A DNA stretch of 12,601 bases. Source: a virus. Its lineage: Duplodnaviria; Heunggongvirae; Uroviricota; Caudoviricetes. Of this stretch, positions 1-7,301 are shown in pieces (the stretch's first letter is position 1; each line of letters begins with the position of its first letter). The notes under the pieces were generated by a model. That model was not told the DNA's origin. It made no database searches and worked only from the letters and a program-made list of their open reading frames with translations. Where the stretch lies: the IMG/VR virus record IMGVR_UViG_2606217105_000016, positions 1 to 12,601 of that record; one strand, written 5' to 3'. The translations under genes and the position numbers were made by a program.

Positions 1-1119
1 TCAAATAACCAACTTAACCCATTCCTGACCTCGAGTATCGTTATAGCGATCGGTGGTTGCCTGGACTTTATGTCCTAGTAATGTTTTTGTATCGATACCC
101 TGTGCACGGTACAGCCGTTCTGATAGAGAGCGTTGTTCATGAAATGTTGGCGGAGTTTTTCCTGCTGGTGGAATTATCCCAGCCAGATCCCGTGCTTTGG
201 CAAAGTAGTCGCTCAGGTTGTCTTTACTCATCGGCTTCGGTTGTTTCTGGTGCCGACTATGGATTAGATATGGACTTAATATTCTGTCTCGGCACCCATC
301 AATAACTTCTTTTAACGTTATCCCAATGGCATCACAGCGTAGTGTAAGCGGTAACGCCAGACGCATTCCGGTTTTTCCCTGGGTGATATGCAAGTGTTCG
401 TTCCACACATCTGAAAAACGCATGTGGCAAATGTCATCACGGCGCTGACCAGTAACAATCGCAAGAAGCATTGCGTTACGGATAAAGTGTTTTTCAGGCG
501 TTGCATTGTAAATTTTTTGCCAGTCTTCCATGGTGAGCCTAGCTCTGGTTACTTTAGGGATCGGTTTACGGGTAGCCTCCGGAGGATTCCATCCAGGAGG
601 AACTTCCCCTGCATGCTGTGCTTCTTTATAAATATCAACCCATAATCCACGATTTACTCTCGCTGTGCTGACCATGTCTTTATCCAGCCACTCATCCAGT
701 ATTAATGCAAAGTCTCTTACTTCCAGTTCTTTCAATGGGTGGTTTCCCAGACGGGAAACCAGGTATGCAGCCATTCGAGTTTTTTCTTTGTGAGTTGTAG
801 CTGCAATATCTCCATTTTTCAGTCGCGTGTCCTGTATTTTCAGATATCGATCAACCCATGCCTTTAATCTGATACCCCGACGTTTTGTTGCTGACGGACT
901 TTCATCAATTTTGCGCATGAAATATTCAGCTTCTGCTGCAGCTATTCGCTGATTGGCTGTGGAAGCGATTTTTTCTGCCTTACCTTTGTCTGTTCCGAGT
1001 CCGTGAAATTTTCCAGTCACAGGATTTTTATACTGGTAGTAAACTCTGCCAGTTCTGCGATCAAACTTTTCGTAAAGACCGGCTACGTCAGTGCTGTTTT
1101 TTCGTGGCCTCGGTGACAT
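1..1119 (-). CDS. int: Phage tyrosine integrase (lambda Int family)
   Basis: 372-aa ORF with ATG at 1119..1117 and stop at 3..1. The C-terminus (HEQRSLSERLY...LLGHK...TTDRYNDTRGQEWVKL) closely matches the lambda Int catalytic tail as recalled (HELRSLSARLY...LLGHK...YRDDRGREWDKI), including the His/Arg and Tyr nucleophile region. The start overlaps the upstream excisionase gene as in lambda int/xis. Confidence 0.93.
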   Translation of the reverse strand: MSPRPRKNSTDVAGLYEKFDRRTGRVYYQYKNPVTGKFHGLGTDKGKAEKIASTANQRIAAAEAEYFMRKIDESPSATKRRGIRLKAWVDRYLKIQDTRLKNGDIAATTHKEKTRMAAYLVSRLGNHPLKELEVRDFALILDEWLDKDMVSTARVNRGLWVDIYKEAQHAGEVPPGWNPPEATRKPIPKVTRARLTMEDWQKIYNATPEKHFIRNAMLLAIVTGQRRDDICHMRFSDVWNEHLHITQGKTGMRLALPLTLRCDAIGITLKEVIDGCRDRILSPYLIHSRHQKQPKPMSKDNLSDYFAKARDLAGIIPPAGKTPPTFHEQRSLSERLYRAQGIDTKTLLGHKVQATTDRYNDTRGQEWVKLVI

Positions 1120-1357
1120 GAGTTAAAATCTCCTTCAGTGCATCATCATCGCCAGTATGAATTTCCGGCGCAATTCCCGTTTCACCAGGCCCAACAAATA
1201 CTGCTCGGCGATCTATCAGCCAACGCCCACGAATTTTTTGTGGTCTTGGAACGATGTATCCTAGTTTTCCGTATTTCACCAGGGTAGTGTTTGTTATTGG
1301 GAGACTGAACCGTTTTGGTTTCCACTCGTCGAGCGTTATCAGGTACTGTTCGCTCAT
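1088..1357 (-). CDS. xis: Excisionase-like protein
   Basis: Small (~89 aa) basic ORF immediately upstream of int, overlapping it by 32 bp. ATG at 1357..1355 is preceded by GGAG about 8 nt upstream; the ORF track extends to a GTG at 1366. Position and size fit a lambdoid Xis; sequence identity was not verified. Confidence 0.65.
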   Translation of the reverse strand: MSEQYLITLDEWKPKRFSLPITNTTLVKYGKLGYIVPRPQKIRGRWLIDRRAVFVGPGETGIAPEIHTGDDDALKEILTHVTEATKKQH

Positions 1358-1418
1358 GGCTATCACTCCGGAACGCGCCAGTTGCAGAATATCAACGACA
1401 ACTGGCGACGGTTGAACA

Positions 1419-3890
1419 TTAAAAATCAGCCTGACTCGGGATCAGTTTTTGCCAGATAACTGAAACGTATTTTGCCTGGTAACGGGCGTCATCAAGTGCA
1501 TTATGGCGCTCACCTTCGAATGGAATAGCCGTTCTGGCATCGAAGTCTATGGCTTTCCCCAGCTCAACGATTGTGCGTACATCGCGATCGTTGTAGTAAC
1601 GCCACGGGCAGGGGATCCCCTGCCGTTCGTATGAACGGCGCAAAATCGTGTTGTCGAAGTTGGCTCCATTTCCCCAGACCTGAACAAAAAATTCACCGGA
1701 GTTTTCGTCGATAAATTCCCGCAATTGTAACAGTGCATCATCTAACGGGATTTCATCGGTCATAATGGCAGATTGCGCCTCGCGTGATTGCTTAAGCCAC
1801 CATTTAATGGTGTCACGATCAATGACTCCGCCAGCAGTTTCCAGATCGATAGTCTTACTAAATTCCGGTCCCATATCTCCGGTTTGCGGATCGAAAAATA
1901 TTGCACCTATTGAGATAATCGGGGCATCAGGATTTTTTCCCATGGTTTCAAGGTCGATCATTAGATGGTCACACGTCCTGCTGGTGGATGTGATAACGCG
2001 ATGACCGTTCACCGTAATTAAGGGATCTGCCGTCTCGCCAGTTTCACTATCGCTGGCGTGATCCTGAGCGCTGCCAGCATTCTCCTTGTGTGGGTGTTCA
2101 GCGCCTTCCATTTTCTCCGAATCGTCTTCCTGAACTTCAACCTGGTTCTTGTCATCGAATGTTTCCTGGTATGTTGCGTCGCCCATCACCGCACCACAAT
2201 CAGGGCAGTTGCCACCACCGCTCTGACCGCAGGCGGTGCAGATTTTTTCCGGTTCCTGTTGCACTACTGGTTCAGGTTGTTTCGTTTCTGGCTCGTTTTG
2301 TTGCGTATTTGGGCTGTTTTGTTCCGCTTTCTGGTCGTTCTGTTCCGTTTCTTGCTGGTTCTGGTTCACAGTATCGCGGGTCTGGATCCCCTTAACCCAT
2401 TTCGGATCATTCGGGTCGCTAATCCCTTCAATAAATTCACCACGTGATGCAGCAAGCAACTTATCGGCGTCAGGCTGGCTGATATTGGCTGCCTGCATAA
2501 TTTTGTTTACTTCGTCAGCGGTAACTTTTACCGGTTCTGGCTGTGCGGTCGTGTCAGATGCACCAGTATTTTGTTGTGAACCTGAGTATGTACTGTTTTT
2601 GCGGGCGAAATATTCTTCTTTCGTGATTTCAGTAGCCCCGGCAGCCAGCGCCTTATCCAGACCAGAAAGTTTGTTTGCGCGACCGTATTTTTCGCCATCC
2701 TTGTCGGTGAAGAGGAAGTAGAACGGCCCCTCACGCTCTACAGATGGTTCGACTTCCACTTTGCATTCGGTTTTTTCGTTGTCCGGAATTGCCGTTTCCA
2801 CTGCATCAGTTTCTGGTACTGGCGACGAGAGAGTATCAGTTGCGCTCTGATTTGTTCCTTCATCTTCAAACACGCCCTTTGTAGTCAGGTATTCAGTAAT
2901 GTATTTGTTCAGTGCCACAGGATCTTTGTGAATGTCGATCGGACGTCCACGGACAAGGCCAAAAATAGTCTGGCGGTCGTAGCGAAGGGCATCAGGCTGT
3001 TTGCGCATCGATGCCGAGATACGCTTCCAGTCTTCGCGGTCGTTGTCGATAACTTCATTTTTTGCCCAGCGATGGATGCTGCCGTCAATGTTTCCGGCAT
3101 CCACATCACCAGGCCAGAGAGCGTAGGCCAGTTCGTCATCCAGTGTTTTCCATGTCTGCTTGTATTCGCGACGAATGACTGCAGTGACAGGGGAGATATT
3201 TTCTGCTGAGTTTTCAGTGTGCTGTCGGTTGACTCTGGCGCGGGCGAGATCAACAGCAGACGTGTATTTTCCGGTTTCCTTGCGTTCACCTTCGCGACGT
3301 TTTTTCCAGATGCGCATCTCTGCCTGAATTTCGGGCCATTTAGCTCCAGGCTTACATTTATGCTTAACCCACCCGATGGCATGCAACTTAAGTTCTGGAT
3401 ACATGGCGTTAACTTCTGGCATTTTCATCAACGCTTCAACGATATGTCCGTCGAATGTTGCCATGTCTTCCTGCAACAATTCCTGCGCGCTAATCACCAT
3501 ATCAACGGTGATGTTTTCACATGTGTCGAACTTAACCATGACAGCGTTCTGTACTTCAGGGGCCAGCTTGTCAAAAGTGACGTTCATCGGATCTGATTCA
3601 GTCTCAACCGGGACAAAGGAAGCAGACTCCTCATCCCAGCGGTTTTCCTGCATATATTCAGCATCCCAGGAATCGAGGGCAGGGCGGGGTATACCGGGTT
3701 TATCCTCGCAAACAAGAAATTTATAAGCGCAGTCCTGAGCAGCCGGATAATGCTCCAGGAATTGCCAGTGAAATTTTGCGCGGGCGCGACGTTCATCACC
3801 GGCTTCAATGGCAGTGGCTACAGCGACTGCACCTTCTTCCTTTATTGCCTGTTCGTCCGGAATGGCGGCGCAAATAAAGACTTTACTCAT
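1419..3890 (-). CDS. Exodeoxyribonuclease VIII-like protein with C-terminal DnaQ-like DEDDh 3'-5' exonuclease domain, CxxC-x7-CxxC zinc ribbon and Q/E/N-rich linker
   Basis: 823-aa ORF, ATG at 3890..3888 with GAGG upstream. C-terminal roughly 190 aa carry the exonuclease motifs Exo I (MIDLETMG), Exo II ([13 protein letters not shown]) and Exo III ([10 protein letters not shown]). Zinc ribbon [15 protein letters not shown] is encoded near 2190..2237. A low-complexity Q/E/N/P linker is encoded near 2236..2400. Confidence 0.85.
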   Translation of the reverse strand: MSKVFICAAIPDEQAIKEEGAVAVATAIEAGDERRARAKFHWQFLEHYPAAQDCAYKFLVCEDKPGIPRPALDSWDAEYMQENRWDEESASFVPVETESDPMNVTFDKLAPEVQNAVMVKFDTCENITVDMVISAQELLQEDMATFDGHIVEALMKMPEVNAMYPELKLHAIGWVKHKCKPGAKWPEIQAEMRIWKKRREGERKETGKYTSAVDLARARVNRQHTENSAENISPVTAVIRREYKQTWKTLDDELAYALWPGDVDAGNIDGSIHRWAKNEVIDNDREDWKRISASMRKQPDALRYDRQTIFGLVRGRPIDIHKDPVALNKYITEYLTTKGVFEDEGTNQSATDTLSSPVPETDAVETAIPDNEKTECKVEVEPSVEREGPFYFLFTDKDGEKYGRANKLSGLDKALAAGATEITKEEYFARKNSTYSGSQQNTGASDTTAQPEPVKVTADEVNKIMQAANISQPDADKLLAASRGEFIEGISDPNDPKWVKGIQTRDTVNQNQQETEQNDQKAEQNSPNTQQNEPETKQPEPVVQQEPEKICTACGQSGGGNCPDCGAVMGDATYQETFDDKNQVEVQEDDSEKMEGAEHPHKENAGSAQDHASDSETGETADPLITVNGHRVITSTSRTCDHLMIDLETMGKNPDAPIISIGAIFFDPQTGDMGPEFSKTIDLETAGGVIDRDTIKWWLKQSREAQSAIMTDEIPLDDALLQLREFIDENSGEFFVQVWGNGANFDNTILRRSYERQGIPCPWRYYNDRDVRTIVELGKAIDFDARTAIPFEGERHNALDDARYQAKYVSVIWQKLIPSQADF

Positions 3891-3982
3891 TTTGTTTTAC
3901 CTCATTACAGATTTAAGGGTGAACAAATCCCTGCCATTGCTGGCATATAAGAATGAAAGCGGATGTTTATTACGGAACTGTT

Positions 3983-4174
3983 TTAAAGACCTGCCGGGAT
4001 TTCGTTATTATCCTGGTGAATAACTTTATCGACCGGGTAACAGTTACCGGGAATTTTCTGTTCGGTTGCTGCAGTCATACATTCCTGCATTGTCCTGTGA
4101 ACACTGACTGCAATATCAACTGGCTCTCCGGAAACAAGATAAACTGTCAGAACAAGCGCAAATGCTGAATTCAT
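3983..4174 (-). CDS. Small hypothetical protein with N-terminal signal-peptide-like hydrophobic segment (~63 aa)
   Basis: ATG at 4174..4172 preceded by AAGGA 8 nt upstream. Begins MNSAFALVLTVYLVSGEPV, which looks like a signal peptide or membrane anchor. Its start overlaps the stop of the upstream ORF in an ATGA arrangement. The ORF track's longer 81-aa version starts further upstream at 4228. Confidence 0.5.
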   Translation of the reverse strand: MNSAFALVLTVYLVSGEPVDIAVSVHRTMQECMTAATEQKIPGNCYPVDKVIHQDNNEIPAGL

Positions 4175-4359
4175 TGTGCACATCCTTTTGGCATCAGACG
4201 TAAACGAGCCAGCATTGAAACAATGCATATTTTATTTAATAGCTCCCGTTCTTGTTTTCTCTTGTTAATGGCATCTTCAGTAAATACTGGGTTACTGATA
4301 GTGACACCAATTTCAAAACAACCTTCAGACGTATTAACGTTTGGTAATAACGTTTCCAT
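4171..4359 (-). CDS. Small hypothetical protein (~62 aa)
   Basis: ATG at 4359..4357 preceded by GAGGA 7 nt upstream. Its TGA stop (4173..4171) overlaps the ATG of the downstream gene, suggesting translational coupling. The ORF track's 97-aa version starts at a GTG at 4464, which is less convincing. Confidence 0.45.
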   Translation of the reverse strand: METLLPNVNTSEGCFEIGVTISNPVFTEDAINKRKQERELLNKICIVSMLARLRLMPKGCAQ

Positions 4360-4917
4360 TATCGCGTCCTCAACAATGAATTTTGTGATGCGGTGCCTGG
4401 TGCCTCCAGGTGACGTTAACCAGTTAACAATTAACGCCGGATACAGAGAACCCACCCATAACACTGTTTTTGGTTTTAACTGTTCCGCGTGCGCTTAGCC
4501 GCATTCACCGCATCACAAAATTCACTTTAAAAAGGGCGGCAGAGCAGTCACGGAGTAAAACTGATACCGCCAAACGCCACCAGAAAATTGATAACAGAGG
4601 GCGTTGCAGCGGGGTTGTCACTTAAGCGTATGGTCAACCTGACAACCCGGTGTCCTCAACGGGGAAGGAATAACCCCGCCATACTTACCGCCGCGCCATT
4701 TCGCGGATTGCCACAACCGGAAGCGCACGGTCGAATTAAATTTAACGACACCGTACAGACAGAATAACTTCGCCGTGCGCTTTCGCGTTATGTCCTGACT
4801 TTTCAGGGATATATCCTTCCAGTAAACTGCCAGTGCCGGATGCTCACCCGTGTCCGGCGCACGCACTCCACCTGACCCGTGGAGAACTCCTTAATTACCA
4901 ACCCTCAGGAGGGTGAA

Positions 4918-5139
4918 ATGACTAGTAAAAATGTAAATATCCAGTTTAACCACGATGTTTCTCCTGCTGGACTTGCGGATGAGCTCACTGCTATAAAAAC
5001 GGCAATTATGCTACTTGCTGCTAAGTTGCCTGCGTCATCAAAGCCAGCGGAAATTTGTGACTCATTGCGTAAGATGAATTCAACAAAATGCAATGAGATG
5101 GCATCACTTATTGAAAGTGCAATTGATTTTAATGATTAA
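4918..5139 (+). CDS. Hypothetical small protein (73 aa)
   Basis: ATG at 4918 preceded by a canonical AGGAGG (4907..4912) with 5-nt spacing. It is the only plus-strand gene in a block of minus-strand genes and overlaps the 3' end of the convergent gene 5129..5503 by 11 bp. Confidence 0.5.
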   Translation: MTSKNVNIQFNHDVSPAGLADELTAIKTAIMLLAAKLPASSKPAEICDSLRKMNSTKCNEMASLIESAIDFND

Positions 5140-5503
5140 TCGAAATTTCATGGCTAACTGTAACACTCCCATCTGTGGCGGGATGGTTTAAATCGCTGGG
5201 ATTAATGCCGCACTCAGTAAAATGGTTCTTAAGGGGTTCTATCCGAATCCCTTTCTTTTTCATTAACAAGCCAAACCCCTTATCAATGATATCCATTAAT
5301 TCCAGGAGGTATTTTTCATGTAAATCCTGGTTATCAGAGAGCTGCTTCTCTTCGTACAGACCGATAAAGGCACGACGCACGTTACCGGATATAGTATCGA
5401 TGGTTTCTTTTTCTACGGTACTCAGGTCAAGAGTCGCCAGTTGGGAACGAACTATATTCGCTGCCATTTCCTGGAATTGCATTGGTAAATCTTTAAATTC
5501 CAT
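5129..5503 (-). CDS. Hypothetical protein (124 aa)
   Basis: ATG at 5503..5501 with GAGG upstream. It is the second gene of the leftward operon downstream of the repressor-flanking operators. No recognisable motifs. Confidence 0.6.
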   Translation of the reverse strand: MEFKDLPMQFQEMAANIVRSQLATLDLSTVEKETIDTISGNVRRAFIGLYEEKQLSDNQDLHEKYLLELMDIIDKGFGLLMKKKGIRIEPLKNHFTECGINPSDLNHPATDGSVTVSHEISINH

Positions 5504-5525
5504 TATTAGCCTCGTTGGTTAGCTA

Positions 5526-5744
5526 TTAACGCGGGCATGTAATCATTCTGGCAATGCTTAATGCCGCTGCTTTTTCCAGCCTGGTGATATCCTGCTCCAG
5601 AGCGGACAGATTTTCAGCCTGCTTAGCCTTGGCTTCATTGGCCCATTTCAGATCCTGCGCTGCATTAATTTTCTGGCGCATCCACTCATAAAGTTCATCA
5701 TCGGTATAGTCTGGCGCGATGATGACGGGTTCTCGTTTCTGCAT
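5526..5744 (-). CDS. Hypothetical protein (72 aa), first gene of the leftward early operon
   Basis: ATG at 5744..5742 preceded by GAGGA 6 nt upstream. Acidic, predicted helical. It lacks an arginine-rich N-terminus, so it is not an obvious lambda N-type antiterminator. Confidence 0.6.
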   Translation of the reverse strand: MQKREPVIIAPDYTDDELYEWMRQKINAAQDLKWANEAKAKQAENLSALEQDITRLEKAAALSIARMITCPR

Positions 5745-5939
5745 ACTGATTCCTCGCGGTGCTGTTTCCCCTTAACGCCGGGGTAGCGGAACAAAAACCT
5801 GCTGCATAGTTATTAAAGTTGAACCCTGCCGTCATGTTCTTACGCCTCGGGCTGGCTACTTAACCCCTGACCACTGCCTGGTAACTCAAAGTATTGCCCT
5901 GCATTCTGTGGGGCGGGGTGGGTTGGTATGAAAAGAAGG

Positions 5940-5978
5940 ATACCCATAGGTATTTAAAAAGTAAATACCCATGGGTAA
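5940..5978. promoter_or_regulatory. OL-like operator pair with a leftward pL-like promoter
   Basis: Two 14-bp palindromic sites 25 bp apart: ATACCCATAGGTAT (5940..5953) and ATACCCATGGGTAA (5965..5978, containing the perfect 12-bp palindrome TACCCATGGGTA). On the minus strand these interleave with a -35-like TTTACT and a -10-like TATCCT, mirroring the OR/pR arrangement. Confidence 0.6.
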
Positions 5979-6019
5979 CCTTTTGCAGTGTCTTAACTGG
6001 TGACTAGTTGTTTGGTGAG

Positions 6020-6439
6020 CTATGATGCGTTTTGTGCTTTCTTTTTACGGATTTCTTCGTAGATCATATTGTAATACTGTTTTTTCTCTTCAAGAGTTTT
6101 TAATAATTTATCCGCTTCACTTTCTGGCAGTTCGTCTAAGAGATCTAAAAAAATACGTTGTCGTGGCGTTAGAACCCTTGTTTCATAACTGGAGGCTGTG
6201 TTCGTTGATGATGAAACGATACCATCCATCCATCCCCGGGGTAACCCAAAGGACTCTTCGATAATCTCCACCATATCATCAGCGATCCGTTTTTTTCCCT
6301 TTTTCCCCTCTGGGTACAACATTCTTGATACATAAGAAGGCTCGCGCCCGATCTTTCTGGCCACGTTAACCGCTTTACCATCGCATTTCTCATCACGAAT
6401 TTTGATGAGTTGCTGTCGTCTAAATTCATATTTGTCCAT
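6020..6439 (-). CDS. CI-like phage repressor (HTH DNA-binding protein)
   Basis: 139-aa ORF with an HTH-like segment (AVNVARKIGREPSYVSRMLYPEGKKGKKRI). It is divergently arranged with a Cro-like gene across an operator-bearing intergenic region. There is no Shine-Dalgarno before the ATG, which sits about 7 nt downstream of a TATTAT -10 on the minus strand, suggesting a leaderless mRNA as for lambda cI from pRM. The repressor is small, with no obvious S24 peptidase domain. Confidence 0.75.
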   Translation of the reverse strand: MDKYEFRRQQLIKIRDEKCDGKAVNVARKIGREPSYVSRMLYPEGKKGKKRIADDMVEIIEESFGLPRGWMDGIVSSSTNTASSYETRVLTPRQRIFLDLLDELPESEADKLLKTLEEKKQYYNMIYEEIRKKKAQNAS

Positions 6440-6445
6440 AGGTAA

Positions 6446-6514
6446 ATAATAGATGCGATTACTGCAAGGTAAACAACCTGTGGGTATTGACTTTTGTTTA
6501 CCTGTGGGTATTCT
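6446..6514. promoter_or_regulatory. OR-like operator pair with divergent pRM-like and pR-like promoters
   Basis: Two 14-bp sites 24 bp apart: CAACCTGTGGGTAT (6474..6487) and TTACCTGTGGGTAT (6498..6511), sharing the half-site GGTAT with the OL sites. pR-like -35 TTGACT (6487..6492) and -10 TATTCT (6509..6514) overlap the operators. pRM-like -10 (minus-strand TATTAT, plus coordinates 6446..6451) sits just upstream of the repressor ATG. Confidence 0.6.
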
Positions 6515-6539
6515 TTGCTGTGTTTACTAAGGAGTAGCT

Positions 6540-6821
6540 ATGGAAGAATTAAGAATATTTCTCAATTCTCTTTCGTCAGATGAACAGCGTATGTTTGCAT
6601 GCGAGTGTGGTACCAGCATCGGTTATCTAAGAAAGGCATTGAGTAAAGGTCAAGTGTTAGGGGCATCGTTATGTGTCCTTATTGAGCGAGCCAGTAATGG
6701 TGAAGTTACACGTCAGCAACTAAGGCCTTTGGATTGGATGAATATTTGGCCCGAGCTGGAAGATACCAAAACGTTAACACAACCACTTTCTAGGAGCTTG
6801 ATTCATGAAAATCAAGCATGA
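6540..6821 (+). CDS. Cro-like (YdaS-type) small HTH regulator
   Basis: 93-aa ORF, ATG at 6540 preceded by AAGGAG with 5-nt spacing. The segment CGTSIGYLRKALSKGQ resembles a Cro/YdaS-type HTH. Divergent from the repressor. Confidence 0.75.
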   Translation: MEELRIFLNSLSSDEQRMFACECGTSIGYLRKALSKGQVLGASLCVLIERASNGEVTRQQLRPLDWMNIWPELEDTKTLTQPLSRSLIHENQA

Positions 6822-7230
6822 ACACATCCGCATGGCGATGAATGCCTGGGCGCGTCCTGATGGCGAAAAAGTTCCAGCAGCTGGAATAACCCAGGCTTAT
6901 TTTGAGTTGGGTATGACGTTTCCTGAACTGTATGACGACAGCCATCCGGAAGCCTTGGCTCGCAATACCCAGAAAATTTTCCGCTGGGTAGAGAAAGACA
7001 CCCCTGATGCAGTTGAAAAAATTCAGGCGTTGTTACCAGCGATCGAAAAGGCAATGCCACCTTTGCTGGTGGCCAGAATGCGCAGCCACAGTTCAGCTTA
7101 TTTTCGGGAGCTGGTGGAGACGCGGGAGCGACTGGTGAGAGACGCTGATGATTTTGTCGCAGTGGCAATCGCCGGTTTCAATCAGATGAACCGTGGTGGC
7201 CCGGCAGGAAATGCTGTGGCAGTACATTGA
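6805..7230 (+). CDS. CII-like / YdaT-like prophage protein
   Basis: 141-aa ORF overlapping the Cro-like gene by 17 bp; ATG at 6805 with AGGAG upstream. Size, position immediately after the cro-like gene and the N-terminus MKIKHEHI match my recollection of Rac prophage YdaT. This is from memory, not verified. Confidence 0.65.
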   Translation: MKIKHEHIRMAMNAWARPDGEKVPAAGITQAYFELGMTFPELYDDSHPEALARNTQKIFRWVEKDTPDAVEKIQALLPAIEKAMPPLLVARMRSHSSAYFRELVETRERLVRDADDFVAVAIAGFNQMNRGGPAGNAVAVH

Positions 7231-7301
7231 CTGACAATAGCCATATCGAATCGCTTCCGGCAACTCGTGAGTAAAAAGATTCGGTATCAGAAGAGGTGAG
7301 T

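Noticed and set aside
57-645. Plus-strand ORFs (57..305, 218..448, 424..645) and minus-strand ORF 318..506 within the integrase gene
   Set aside because: Fully overlapped by the strongly supported int ORF; implausible composition; shadow ORFs.
2058-2721. Plus-strand ORFs of 101-161 aa (2058..2447, 2090..2395, 2236..2721) antisense to the exonuclease gene
   Set aside because: They lie entirely within the well-supported 823-aa minus-strand gene and have Cys/Phe/Ser/Val-rich, low-complexity translations typical of antisense frames of a repetitive linker. No ribosome-binding sites noted.
4618-4866. 82-aa minus-strand ORF in the 4465..4917 region
   Set aside because: Trp/Arg/Gly-rich translation typical of a GC-rich non-coding frame; no good start context. 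The region is better explained as structured non-coding DNA or RNA.
5526-5744. First leftward gene as a lambda N-type antiterminator
   Set aside because: No arginine-rich N-terminal motif, and no clear boxA/boxB nut-like element identified in the 5745..5930 leader. Left as hypothetical.
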